From an uncultured virus (IMG/VR IMGVR_UViG_3300002133_000084) (Duplodnaviria; Heunggongvirae; Uroviricota; Caudoviricetes): a stretch of DNA of 28,839 bases. The stretch lies in the IMG/VR virus record IMGVR_UViG_3300002133_000084. The stretch is one strand, 5' to 3'. The position numbers and the translations under genes are program-made. The notes below the pieces were generated by a model. That model made no database searches. It saw only the letters and a program-made list of their open reading frames with translations, and was not told the origin of the DNA. Position 1 is the first letter of the stretch, and every line of letters starts with the position of its first letter. Positions 1 to 8,867 of this stretch are shown here, one piece after another.

Positions 1-5
1 GCCTC

Positions 6-278
6 TTAGTAGAAATCGCCTCGGATTTTTTTATCTTGCATTTTTCCGCAACCATTGCAAGTCCTCCTTTGGCGGACGTGGATTCCCGATGGCTTATCAT
101 CCAGCGTAAATTGAACACTATACGCCTCCCACTTTGCCCAATCATGCCCAAAGGGGCCAAAACAGCGGGGGAGTATCTGTGATCCTGTAACAATATTCGT
201 GACAATAGAAAATACGAATGCCACTGCCATACCTAGGCATGCCAATTTTACAATGCTGGGTATGTCCATTACTCCCAT
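6..278 (-). CDS. Small hypothetical protein with N-terminal transmembrane helix and C/H-rich Zn-ribbon-like tail
   Basis: Hydrophobic segment LACLGMAVAFVFSIVTNIV; C..GHDW..W...R.C..CG pattern typical of small phage proteins; overlaps the stop of the upstream kinase. Confidence 0.55.
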   Translation of the reverse strand: MGVMDIPSIVKLACLGMAVAFVFSIVTNIVTGSQILPRCFGPFGHDWAKWEAYSVQFTLDDKPSGIHVRQRRTCNGCGKMQDKKIRGDFY

Positions 279-811
279 CCTAGCTGGAATTTATGAGTCC
301 ATTTTTTGCTGCAGCGAAATGGGGTGGATCCATCGGAGTACACGCGCTGCGCGGCGGCCGTTGCCATCTCCGTGCACATAGGACAACGAACTATTGGCAG
401 CAGTAGACTTACTGGGTTTTCTGTTATATCCCACGGCCACAGCCACCACCGATCCCGCATTTGATCCAGCTTTTCTTCTGGGACATCGTGTATGGATCCG
501 AAGCTGTCGGTGCATTCCACGATCTCCCACCCTAATTCGTACTTGTGAATCAAATCGACGTAGGGGGCCATCTCTTTGAGGGTGGTGAATGTATTGGAGA
601 CAACGCAGTCGTCTCCGCGGCGTAAGGTGGCTTCTACCTGCATAATACACCACTGATGTCCGCGGCCCACCTCATCCATGGTGAATATGTATTCGCCATT
701 TATCTCGTGCCACATATCGGCCTCGAAGTGTGGCGTTCCGAAATACGCCTCTCGCGCGAGAGTACTTTTACCGGATCCCGGTAGTCCTCTGATGATCGTT
801 AGAGTAGGCAT
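269..811 (-). CDS. P-loop kinase (AAA_33 / N4BP2-like polynucleotide kinase family)
   Basis: N-terminal Walker A IIRGLPGSGKSTLA, VVSNTFT, SIHDVP motifs; GGAG RBS upstream; C-terminal CPMC. Confidence 0.85.
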   Translation of the reverse strand: MPTLTIIRGLPGSGKSTLAREAYFGTPHFEADMWHEINGEYIFTMDEVGRGHQWCIMQVEATLRRGDDCVVSNTFTTLKEMAPYVDLIHKYELGWEIVECTDSFGSIHDVPEEKLDQMRDRWWLWPWDITENPVSLLLPIVRCPMCTEMATAAAQRVYSDGSTPFRCSKKWTHKFQLGWE

Positions 812-820
812 CTATTCTCC

Positions 821-1066
821 CTATTTTCTGACTAAATAATCGGCGTCGTCATTATTTAGATTTAAGGTGGAAATCCTAGATACATATGCATTGCAGTTGG
901 CCTTCAGTATCTTAGCCAGAATATCAATCGGCGTATTGGGGTTTTCTATGATCGAATCCACTACGCCAACTGGCATTTTGACTATGCTCTGATCCATCAC
1001 CTCCCGTATCTGGCTCTCCGATAGGTGAGGATTCCGCCCTATCGCGTTGAGAATACTTCTGCTCAT
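821..1066 (-). CDS. Small helical-repeat (LRV/HEAT-like) protein
   Basis: Two NP-type repeats (IGRNPHLSESQI, IIENPNTPIDIL); strong RBS GAGGAGGGAG. Confidence 0.65.
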   Translation of the reverse strand: MSRSILNAIGRNPHLSESQIREVMDQSIVKMPVGVVDSIIENPNTPIDILAKILKANCNAYVSRISTLNLNNDDADYLVRK

Positions 1067-1583
1067 ACATCTCCCTCCTCACTCTATTGGGTGTCATGCC
1101 AAATTCGGCGCATAGTATGTTAAGGGAGGTTCCCAGAACATCGATGAGGCCCTCTGGATCGCCGCCCCCAATCTGCAGGGCGCCGTCCATCTCATCCAAG
1201 ATCCCCTGCAGCTCTTCGGATGTTATTGCCATAGGGCTCTTTGTATATGTGCCCTTGGCTGGAATGGGTGTCGATCGACGGGGGTTGAATCGCTTGATCT
1301 CAACCCCACAGGTGTCGCCAATAAACCTCACGGCCTCATGGAATGATACTCCCATCTGTTCCATGATGAACTTATAGAGATCGCCAGAGGCTCCACACCC
1401 AAAGCAGACATAGAACTTTCTCTCCTCATCCACAGAAAAAGAGGCTGTTTTTTCCGAGTGAAATGGACATAGCCCCTTCCACATACCCTTGCCATGAGGA
1501 TGTATCTGCGTATAGCCACCTACTATTTCGACGAAATTTGCGCGCGCGCGTATCTCCTCGATCTGCTCTTCTGGGATCAGCAT
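924..1583 (-). CDS. Stand-alone DnaG-type CHC2 zinc-binding domain protein (no TOPRIM domain)
   Basis: IPEEQIEEIRARANFVEIVG...GLCPFHSEKTASFSV...YVCFGCGASGD matches the DnaG N-terminus; ATG at 1583 has a GGAGG RBS. Confidence 0.85.
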   Translation of the reverse strand: MLIPEEQIEEIRARANFVEIVGGYTQIHPHGKGMWKGLCPFHSEKTASFSVDEERKFYVCFGCGASGDLYKFIMEQMGVSFHEAVRFIGDTCGVEIKRFNPRRSTPIPAKGTYTKSPMAITSEELQGILDEMDGALQIGGGDPEGLIDVLGTSLNILCAEFGMTPNRVRREMYEQKYSQRDRAESSPIGEPDTGGDGSEHSQNASWRSGFDHRKPQYAD

Positions 1584-2203
1584 ACAAACCTCCATCGAGC
1601 ATAGCCATATACACCATCACGCTCCACTATCTTCCACCCAGGCTCCTCCATCTTCTTGGCCGATATGTCTAGGGTTGCGATGGTGCCATCATCATTTATC
1701 CACTTAGTCTGCACAAAACTCTTAGACTTGTGGGAGATGAATCTGAAGGGGCCATATCCCATCTGGCATGATATTTGGACGTGATATATCGCGTGCCAGC
1801 AGGAGGGAATTTCAACTGGTGGGGTATCCATCTGATTAGCCCTTTTGCCATACAAATTCATTGCGAATTTGGGCATAGTGTCTATCCCTGCCTTTACAAT
1901 GTCCCCCCTGACTAGTCCTCCATTTAGGATCCATCGAAAGCAGTAGGCTCTCCACGCATCGGAGTCCCTCGCAGAGAGCTTCTTCCGAATGTCCTCGTTT
2001 TTCATGTGAGGAATCATAGTGGCTTCCTCTAGGGGATGGACATCCATATTGAAAATCTCTCTTCTAGACTCTTCTGTGTGGCTGTCATGGAAAAATGCCA
2101 ACATCCTTTCGGGAGGCCCGCCACTTCTTGCCAATCTCATTATATCCTCATTTTGGATATAAGGATTCCTTAGGAGGACTTCAGAAATCCTAGGAGCTTG
2201 CAT
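1577..2203 (-). CDS. Hypothetical protein with N-terminal LRV-like repeat
   Basis: Start moved to the ATG at 2203 (AGAGGA RBS), which removes most of the overlap with the upstream gene; ISEVLLRNPYIQNEDI resembles the neighbouring proteins. Confidence 0.6.
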   Translation of the reverse strand: MQAPRISEVLLRNPYIQNEDIMRLARSGGPPERMLAFFHDSHTEESRREIFNMDVHPLEEATMIPHMKNEDIRKKLSARDSDAWRAYCFRWILNGGLVRGDIVKAGIDTMPKFAMNLYGKRANQMDTPPVEIPSCWHAIYHVQISCQMGYGPFRFISHKSKSFVQTKWINDDGTIATLDISAKKMEEPGWKIVERDGVYGYARWRFVC

Positions 2204-2751
2204 TTGAATTCCTCTTCCTTCCTTAAGTAGCTCTTGTGGATTTTTTCCACAGAGCCAATATGATCGCAATCCATAATGGCTTGCTTTATTCCCTCCTCTG
2301 TAAATCCAAAGCGATTGGCCAGTTGTCTTATTTGCTCTGGCCGCTTCAGCTTTTTGAAGAGGGATATAAATTTCTTCGGGTGCTTCCATATGATGCCAGA
2401 GTCAAACATTGACATCACAATGTTCTCATTTTCTGATTCTGCCATCACATGGAAGGCCTCATCAGTCAATGCCTCATTGCGCGCTAAAAAAATCTTAGCC
2501 GCATCTATATCCCCGGTGGCTATTTGCATCATTAACTCCGGTGATATGTTGCTATTAGATGCCACCTCACAAACAATCGAGTTGGACATCTTGTGCTCTA
2601 TGAGCGCCTTAAACACGCGCTCAGTGGCAGACGGATTGCGCGCCAGAGATTTTAATACGTCCCACTCATTTCTCTGCGCCATGGCCAGCATTTTCTGCTC
2701 ATCTACATTGGGATTGGATCCCAATACAGATAGTATTTTAGCGTCACTCAT
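2170..2751 (-). CDS. Leucine-rich repeat variant (LRV/HEAT-like) helical repeat protein
   Basis: Repeats LGSNPNV, LARNPSA, VASNSNI, LARNEAL at about 24-aa spacing; ATG at 2751 with GGAG RBS (2763 also possible). Confidence 0.75.
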   Translation of the reverse strand: MSDAKILSVLGSNPNVDEQKMLAMAQRNEWDVLKSLARNPSATERVFKALIEHKMSNSIVCEVASNSNISPELMMQIATGDIDAAKIFLARNEALTDEAFHVMAESENENIVMSMFDSGIIWKHPKKFISLFKKLKRPEQIRQLANRFGFTEEGIKQAIMDCDHIGSVEKIHKSYLRKEEEFKCKLLGFLKSS

Positions 2752-2844
2752 TGTTTTCTCCATTAAAAAGAGGCTGATGTATGTATCACACCTCAGTTAA
2801 ATAATCAACTCTACACCCTAAAAAAATCCATGACATAACGGAGT

Positions 2845-2878
2845 GCGCCGGAAATACGATGATCTGTATTTCCGGCGC
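2845..2878. terminator. Perfect 13-bp stem-loop downstream of the 2885-3061 gene (terminator or RNA-stabilising hairpin)
   Basis: GCGCCGGAAATAC-8 nt-GTATTTCCGGCGC; no adjacent U-tract, so the function is uncertain. Confidence 0.45.
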
Positions 2879-2884
2879 CGAGGA

Positions 2885-3061
2885 TTAACCTAAGCCGGCG
2901 AAAAAGTACGCCGACTTTGTGTCCTCCAGTGTCACCTTTTGATCCCCAGCTTTATGCTGGGGATTAGAGAAGGTGCTGCCGTTGCGGGCGGCAGTGCTCA
3001 CGCCCGCGTGTTTTGCCACTTTATTTCCAGTGGCAACTTTAATGCTTCTTGTTTTTTTCAT
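2885..3061 (-). CDS. Small basic hypothetical protein (58 aa)
   Basis: ATG at 3061 (MKKTRSIKV) preceded by GGAGGAG; followed by a hairpin. Confidence 0.6.
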   Translation of the reverse strand: MKKTRSIKVATGNKVAKHAGVSTAARNGSTFSNPQHKAGDQKVTLEDTKSAYFFAGLG

Positions 3062-3082
3062 TTCTCCTCCCAGAGATATGTA

Positions 3083-3125
3083 AAATGAAAAGGGGCCCAA
3101 GAATCAGAAGTGATTCAAGGGCCCC
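3083..3125 (-). terminator. Rho-independent terminator
   Basis: GGGGCCC..GAATCA-loop-TGATTC..GGGCCCC stem followed on the minus strand by TTTTCATTTT. Confidence 0.65.
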
Positions 3126-3146
3126 GCCGATCAACTCAGCCAACAT

Positions 3147-3488
3147 TTAGTCGTCACCCCTTAGGCCATTTGCCATGGCCGCGAATGGGACTATCAACAG
3201 CATACTCCACCAGCTCCCCGTAAAGAAGAGCCCGGCAGATAGGACGAGGTTTCCCAGCGCAGCGCGCACGGAGGCATTAAATTCTGCCCCCCGTGTGCGC
3301 AAGTTAAACGCGCTCATGATGGTTAGCGGGAAGCCCACCAGGGTAGCAGCTATCACACCGTCCATTCCATTGCCAGCGATGATGGAGATGGCGACGCCGA
3401 ACATCATCACCATAGTGACGATGATTTGAAACACGGCAAGTTTGCCGCTCTTGAAACTTATTTCCAGTGCTTCGATTAGCATTTTCAT
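3147..3488 (-). CDS. Small multi-pass membrane protein
   Basis: About four hydrophobic segments; ATG at 3488 with GGGAGGAG RBS. Confidence 0.7.
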   Translation of the reverse strand: MKMLIEALEISFKSGKLAVFQIIVTMVMMFGVAISIIAGNGMDGVIAATLVGFPLTIMSAFNLRTRGAEFNASVRAALGNLVLSAGLFFTGSWWSMLLIVPFAAMANGLRGDD

Positions 3489-3524
3489 AATGAATCTCCT
3501 CCCAGAGATTAGCCCCTTGGGGCA

Positions 3525-3558
3525 TAAAGAAACCCCCACTCCGGAATTGGAGTGGGGG
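3525..3558 (-). terminator. GC-rich hairpin with U-tract in the leader of the minus-strand cluster
   Basis: CCCCCACTCC (3533-3542) pairs with GGAGTGGGGG (3549-3558); TTTCTTT follows on the minus strand. Confidence 0.5.
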
Positions 3559-3660
3559 CAGTATTACTTCTTCATAATGTTATACCAGAAAATAGACAAA
3601 AACGCACTGCTATTGGGATGGCCCTGGACGTATTCTTATGCCCTGCATTTCAGATGTTTC

Positions 3661-3690
3661 TTGAAAAAACACCACGCTATATCCTACTAT
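3661..3690 (+). promoter_or_regulatory. Sigma70-like promoter upstream of the RNAP beta gene
   Basis: TTGAAA-18 nt-TACTAT. Confidence 0.4.
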
Positions 3691-3742
3691 TTAAGTACGA
3701 TTATTTTCCAGTCTGTTTTTGAATTCTATACACACGAAGACT

Positions 3743-6700
3743 ATGCCAAACGCCCAGGATCCAGTTGTCCAGCACCAAATAATGAAGCAGAACGTCGCCG
3801 ACTCCATCGCGGCCCAGTTTCCCTTTGAGGGCAAGCAGAACAAGCTCGTCCTCAACAAGATCTGGACAGAAGACAAGCCCATCGATTTTGAGACAATGAA
3901 AGAGGCCCGATTAAACGATTCCACCATCGCGGCCCCTGTCTATGGAGATGTTTCCCTGTTAGATAAAAACGGCAAGGAGATGTCGCGCACGAAGAAGATG
4001 CGCCTCGCCCAAGTGCCCGTTCCAACACCCCATGGGACATTTCTGGTTAACGGCACGGAGTACCAAATCGCTCAGCAAGAACGACTTAAGCCGGGTGTCT
4101 ACGCTAGGACAACCGCTTCTGGACAGCTACAAGCACAAGTCAACTTGGCCAAGGGAATGAACTTCTCTGTGGGATTAAATCCCGAGCGCAGAAAGCTCGA
4201 AGCGAAGTTCGGCACCGCCAACGTAGGCTTATACGATCTGATGAAGATCATGGGCACTTCGGATGGGGAACTGCAGAAGGCCTGGGGCAAAGAGATCTTG
4301 GACGCCAACCAAGTCTCCAAAGAGAAAGTCAATCAGTCGGCCGCCAAGATTCACAAGGTATTATTTCGCAGGGATCACTCTAATGGAACGGCGCCGGATA
4401 CCGCTGAGGGAATGCAGAAGGAGCTGCGGGATTACTTCTCGGACACCGAGATCGATTCTAAAACTACTGAGCGAACTTTAGGCAAAGGCTTTAAGAAAGT
4501 AACCGCAGATCTATTGGGTAGGACTTCAGAGAAACTGTTAAACATTTCTCGTGGCGATGAAGAAGTCGACAATAGAAATGCGTTGATCTTTAAGAGCTTT
4601 CACGGCCCAGAAGATCAATTAAAGATAAAACTGGATCACTGGAAAACTAAAGGCCCTATTGCTAATACGGTGAAGTGGAAGGTTGATCAGAAGGACGACG
4701 TACGCAAAGTCATCAACAACAAAACCTTCGACAGGGGCGTCGAGGAGTTTTTCACATCGAGCTCACTATCCAATGCGACAGAACAAAACAACCCTCTATC
4801 GATTATTGGCGAAGCTACTAAAAGCACCGTGCTCGGAGAGGGAGGAATATCTAGCTCGCGAGCGGTGCCCGACGATGCGCGTAACCTCGAATCCACTAGC
4901 CTCGGATTCATGGATATGGTGCACACTCCTGAATCCGATCGTGTGGGTATTACTCTACACACTGGCGTTGATACTATTCGTGAAGGTAACATCCTAAAGA
5001 CGGCCGTAAGAGAAAGAGCTACTAATCGCGCGCGCCACATCGATCCCGAGGAGATGTTTGACTCTATTGTAGCCTTCCCCGATCAATTTACCGGCAACAA
5101 GGCTAAGTCTAGTGAAGTCAAGGGCATATACCAAGGACGAATGGGGACGTTCAAGGCTTCGGATGTAAAATTCATCTTGGACAGGGCGCAGGGCATGTTC
5201 GACATGTCCACTAATATGATTCCCTTTCTTGGCTCTACTCAGCCGACACGCGGGTTAACAGCTTCTAAGCAGTCTGAGCAATCGGTTTCTCTTATTGAGA
5301 GAGAAGCCCCCCTCGTACAGATTGCTACGGGCAAGGGTAAAACCTTCGAACAGGAAGTGGGTGAACAGTATTCCTGGCGTGCGCCTATTGATGGAGTCGT
5401 TGAGGAAATTAAAGATGGGATGATGGTAATAAAGAACGGGCGCAAGACGGAAAAGCTCGTCCTACCCAATAACTATCCCTTAAACCAGAAGACGTTCATC
5501 CACGCCGAGATGAAGGTGAATGTTGGGGATAAAATCAAGAAAGGCGATCTCCTAGCCGACACCAACCACACCAAGGATGGCGTGTTGGCTTTGGGAAGAA
5601 ACCTGTCTGTTGCCTATATGCCCTATAAAGGCCTCAACTTCGAAGATGCTGTCGTTATAAGCGAATCGGCCGCCAAGAAGATGACATCGGAGCATCTACA
5701 TCATAAAGATGTGGGCATCGATGAGAACTCGTCGACGGATCTCAAGAAGTTCAGAGCGCATGCGCCTGGCATAATTTCGGACAAGCACGCTGAGAACCTA
5801 ACGGCCGATGGGGTTATTAAGGTTGGGACGAGAGTGGAGCCCGGGGATGTGTTGGTTGCCCATTTACGCGAAGAAGCCATTACCCCAGAAGACAATATGA
5901 TGTCTCGCCTGATGAAGTCGCGCGCGCGTCCGTGGAAGGATCGCTCGGTGACGTGGGACAATGACTTTGGTGGGGTAGTCACAGATATAGCTAAGACTGG
6001 CTCCAAGATAAAGGTGTACGTCAAAACTGAAGAGCCCATGCGTGAGGGTGATAAGATTGTGGGCCGTCATGGTAATAAGGGTATCGTCTCTAAGATTATA
6101 CCCGATGTGGATATGATTAAAGATGAGGCGGGTAATCCGATCGATCTGATCATGGATCCACACGGCGTTCCATCCCGTATCAATGCCGGGCAGATATTAG
6201 AGACGGCCGCAGGCAAAGCGGCTCGCAAGAAGGGTGAGATCTTTGAGGTGGAAAACTTCAAGGGAGATATATCCAATTGGCTCGGAAACGTTAAGGACTA
6301 CCTGAAGGATGCCGGCGTAAAGGATAAGGAGGATGTCTTCGATCCAACTACTAATAGAACGATTCCTGGGATATTAGTGGGAGATCAATATATCACCAAG
6401 CTCAAGCATCAGGTGGAACGCAAGTTTGGCGCGCGTAATATAACAGGCCACGACATCAACTTGCAGCCTAAGGGTGGTAAGTACGGCGCCCAGAGCCTTG
6501 ATCACCTTACACTCTACACCATGCTGGCTCACGATGCGCGCGCGAACATACGAGAAATGAACTCATCTATTAAGTCGGAAAAAAACGACGAGCTATGGCT
6601 GAGATTGCAATCAGGTATGTCTCTACCCAAACCTCAGCCAACCTTCGCCTGGGATAAATTTAAAGGCATGATGACGGGCATGGGGGTAAAGGTGATTCAC

Positions 6701-7009
6701 GAAGGAAATAAGATGGGGCTCACCCCATTGACTGATAGGGATATCGAAAACATATCGCGCGGCGCCATTGAAAATCCCACTAGGGTTGTTGGCCGAGGCG
6801 ATATGCGCCCAGAAAAAGGTGGGCTATTTGATCCAGAGATAACCGGTGGGCTATCTGGCGATCGATGGAGTCATATTGATCTAGCTGAGCCTCTACCCAA
6901 TCCAGTACTGGAAAAGGGGATACTCAGTCTAACGGGGCTGAAGAAGAAGGATTTTGACTCTCTCATATCGGGCGAGCGGCATATAAATGATAAGGGAGAA
7001 TTCGTATGA
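3743..7009 (+). CDS. rpoB: Phage multi-subunit RNA polymerase: beta subunit fused to the N-terminal segment of beta-prime
   Basis: Beta motifs GTFLVNGTE, EQNNPLS, HTPES, MIPFL, ALGRNL, GLNFEDAVVISE, GDKIVGRHGNKG, GVPSRINAGQILE, YITKLKH; the C-terminal ~95 aa (PEKGGLFDPEITG...SHIDLAEP) match the start of beta-prime. ATG 3743 preferred over TTG 3719. Confidence 0.95.
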   Translation: MPNAQDPVVQHQIMKQNVADSIAAQFPFEGKQNKLVLNKIWTEDKPIDFETMKEARLNDSTIAAPVYGDVSLLDKNGKEMSRTKKMRLAQVPVPTPHGTFLVNGTEYQIAQQERLKPGVYARTTASGQLQAQVNLAKGMNFSVGLNPERRKLEAKFGTANVGLYDLMKIMGTSDGELQKAWGKEILDANQVSKEKVNQSAAKIHKVLFRRDHSNGTAPDTAEGMQKELRDYFSDTEIDSKTTERTLGKGFKKVTADLLGRTSEKLLNISRGDEEVDNRNALIFKSFHGPEDQLKIKLDHWKTKGPIANTVKWKVDQKDDVRKVINNKTFDRGVEEFFTSSSLSNATEQNNPLSIIGEATKSTVLGEGGISSSRAVPDDARNLESTSLGFMDMVHTPESDRVGITLHTGVDTIREGNILKTAVRERATNRARHIDPEEMFDSIVAFPDQFTGNKAKSSEVKGIYQGRMGTFKASDVKFILDRAQGMFDMSTNMIPFLGSTQPTRGLTASKQSEQSVSLIEREAPLVQIATGKGKTFEQEVGEQYSWRAPIDGVVEEIKDGMMVIKNGRKTEKLVLPNNYPLNQKTFIHAEMKVNVGDKIKKGDLLADTNHTKDGVLALGRNLSVAYMPYKGLNFEDAVVISESAAKKMTSEHLHHKDVGIDENSSTDLKKFRAHAPGIISDKHAENLTADGVIKVGTRVEPGDVLVAHLREEAITPEDNMMSRLMKSRARPWKDRSVTWDNDFGGVVTDIAKTGSKIKVYVKTEEPMREGDKIVGRHGNKGIVSKIIPDVDMIKDEAGNPIDLIMDPHGVPSRINAGQILETAAGKAARKKGEIFEVENFKGDISNWLGNVKDYLKDAGVKDKEDVFDPTTNRTIPGILVGDQYITKLKHQVERKFGARNITGHDINLQPKGGKYGAQSLDHLTLYTMLAHDARANIREMNSSIKSEKNDELWLRLQSGMSLPKPQPTFAWDKFKGMMTGMGVKVIHEGNKMGLTPLTDRDIENISRGAIENPTRVVGRGDMRPEKGGLFDPEITGGLSGDRWSHIDLAEPLPNPVLEKGILSLTGLKKKDFDSLISGERHINDKGEFV

Positions 7010-7206
7010 GTGCAGAAAGATTTTTTATGGGGATGCAAAAGGTGGCAGACGATCGCCTTACACTCGTGACAAGCGGCGAGGCTACGAAGAAGCTTAAAGA
7101 GTTTCACGGCGATAATATGGTTCCTTATACAGAGGAAGAGACTAGGGAATTCTGGAAGCAGTGGGCAAAAGATCAAGAAACCAAAAAGACAAAACCAACT
7201 AAATAA
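7006..7206 (+). CDS. Small hypothetical protein, candidate virion internal protein
   Basis: ATGA overlap with the RNAP stop; N-terminal RFFMGMQKVA motif; no Cys. Confidence 0.6.
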   Translation: MSAERFFMGMQKVADDRLTLVTSGEATKKLKEFHGDNMVPYTEEETREFWKQWAKDQETKKTKPTK

Positions 7207-7220
7207 TAAAATAAATCACA

Positions 7221-7916
7221 ATGAATGTGACTGATATGAGCAAAGCTATAAGATTTTATGATGGAATGTCAAAGATTGCCGGTGTTGGCTGGGATATTCA
7301 TGGGTACGCCATGCCGCACAAAGAAGAATCCTCCCTGCGGGAAAGAATTGAATTGGCGAGCCAGAAAGAGGATGAACATTTCAATAGTAAGATACTTCCA
7401 GAAGTCGGCAGATCTCCATCGAGAGATTCATTTATGGAGAGGAAGAAGATTCTCGGGCTAATACCCTGGGGATCCAAGTCTATCAATCGGGATAGATTTG
7501 CAGAGGCGATGAATGCATATAGGGAAAAGGTAAGATCGGCGCAGGATAGGCACCCGTTCGACGGTGAGGGATCAGTAGATCTACAAGATAAGATAATGGC
7601 GTCAAAAATAAGGACGCCCTACGACAGGGATTCGAATTATAAGCTCAATGCCAATGTCCAATTTATGTCCAGCGATGCTCAAGGGATAGATGACATGACA
7701 AGCGATTTCGGCTTAGGGGATAAAATAAGGGATCGCCCAATGAGCAGGGAGGATCTCATATCATTCAAAGAGCGATGGAATAGGGCAGCGGAAGCATATG
7801 CCAAGGGGAATCCAGACAGTCCGCATTTGCAATCAGGTGTACGTGGGTTCAACAACAAAATAGATAGCTTGCTGGCAAACGAAAAAGCTCAGTTTTACAG
7901 AGCTGAATGGGAATAG
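7221..7916 (+). CDS. Hypothetical protein, candidate virion internal/ejected protein
   Basis: 231-aa ORF, RFYDGMSKIA motif, no Cys. Confidence 0.7.
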   Translation: MNVTDMSKAIRFYDGMSKIAGVGWDIHGYAMPHKEESSLRERIELASQKEDEHFNSKILPEVGRSPSRDSFMERKKILGLIPWGSKSINRDRFAEAMNAYREKVRSAQDRHPFDGEGSVDLQDKIMASKIRTPYDRDSNYKLNANVQFMSSDAQGIDDMTSDFGLGDKIRDRPMSREDLISFKERWNRAAEAYAKGNPDSPHLQSGVRGFNNKIDSLLANEKAQFYRAEWE

Positions 7917-7923
7917 GATTTTT

Positions 7924-8211
7924 ATGGACACCTCAAAGAGGGATGGATTCGCTAGAGATATGGGCCCAGCTGGAGAGTCTGCCCTTATAGGCGTCGTAAA
8001 AACAAAGCCATGTCTGGTGTTGGCCTTTCCAGATCAAGATGTATTCGATCAGGATAAAGATCCAGATGAATTGGTAGAAATAAAGATCGATGTCTATAGT
8101 AAGGAGCTAGATGTGGAATCCAAAACTGGAAGACATGCCTTAGTGCGATGGCTGCAAAGCCTCATAGCCACTCTTGAAGATGATAACACTGGACTACCTG
8201 GAGGATTTTAA
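7924..8211 (+). CDS. Hypothetical protein
   Basis: 95-aa ORF tightly packed between its neighbours. Confidence 0.65.
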   Translation: MDTSKRDGFARDMGPAGESALIGVVKTKPCLVLAFPDQDVFDQDKDPDELVEIKIDVYSKELDVESKTGRHALVRWLQSLIATLEDDNTGLPGGF

Positions 8212-8787
8212 GTGGCAATAGGTGGATACTCCTATGCATCTACGCAGATCAATCTTCCGGCTGATATCACAGAGAGGATACAGGAGTGGAGTCGCGAGTT
8301 TATACCAGACTCTCATTTGTATCACAGTGATGACGATACGCATGGCCGCCGCCCGGATAGTCATGTAACCGTTCTGTATGGACTGGAATCAGATAACTCT
8401 GGCGATGTAGCGGAAAAACTTAAGGGATTCGGCCCCATATCTTTCAATTTGGGTAAGATTTCCACATTTGAATGTGAAAAGTACGATGTGGTTATCATCG
8501 AGGTGGACGGGGAGAGGTTACATAAAGCCAACAGTATTCTACGTGAGCTGCCCAATCAAAACACCTTCCCGGACTATAAGCCACACGTTACTATAGCCTA
8601 CGTAAAAAAGGGGCTTGGATCTAAGTATTTAGGCAATGAAACGTTTGCTGGCACCAAAATAGAGTCGAGTGGCATTGTGTTTTCTGGATCTGATGGCGGC
8701 AAGGTAGTCATACACATCGATCCCCCAGATGGGTTTGACATGTTCTCCTCTGCATTCTCCAGGGAATTAGAATCCTCCTTGAAATAA
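8212..8787 (+). CDS. 2H phosphoesterase (T4 gp57B / Acb1-like, 2'-5' RNA ligase superfamily)
   Basis: Two HxT motifs, SHVTVLYG and YKPHVTIAYV, about 73 aa apart; GGAGG RBS before the GTG. Confidence 0.85.
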   Translation: MAIGGYSYASTQINLPADITERIQEWSREFIPDSHLYHSDDDTHGRRPDSHVTVLYGLESDNSGDVAEKLKGFGPISFNLGKISTFECEKYDVVIIEVDGERLHKANSILRELPNQNTFPDYKPHVTIAYVKKGLGSKYLGNETFAGTKIESSGIVFSGSDGGKVVIHIDPPDGFDMFSSAFSRELESSLK

Positions 8788-8867
8788 AATATAGACAAAT
8801 AGTGCCTACTACTGTACATAGAACTGCATTTTTGTTATATTTAGGTGACATATAGGAGGGCGTTAAT

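Noticed and set aside
2204..2389. N-terminal extension of the 1577-2389 ORF
   Set aside because: It overlaps the upstream LRV gene by over 200 bp. ATG 2203 has an RBS and gives an N-terminus matching its paralogues.
7007..7070. Stop-codon reassignment or readthrough extending the beta gene
   Set aside because: Reading through the TGA gives a short unrelated peptide and another TGA. TAA, TAG and TGA all end well-coupled genes in this window.
3442..7176. Antisense and alternate-frame ORFs over the RNAP gene (and similar shadows over other long genes)
   Set aside because: They are shadow frames of strongly supported CDSs and have no motifs or RBS.
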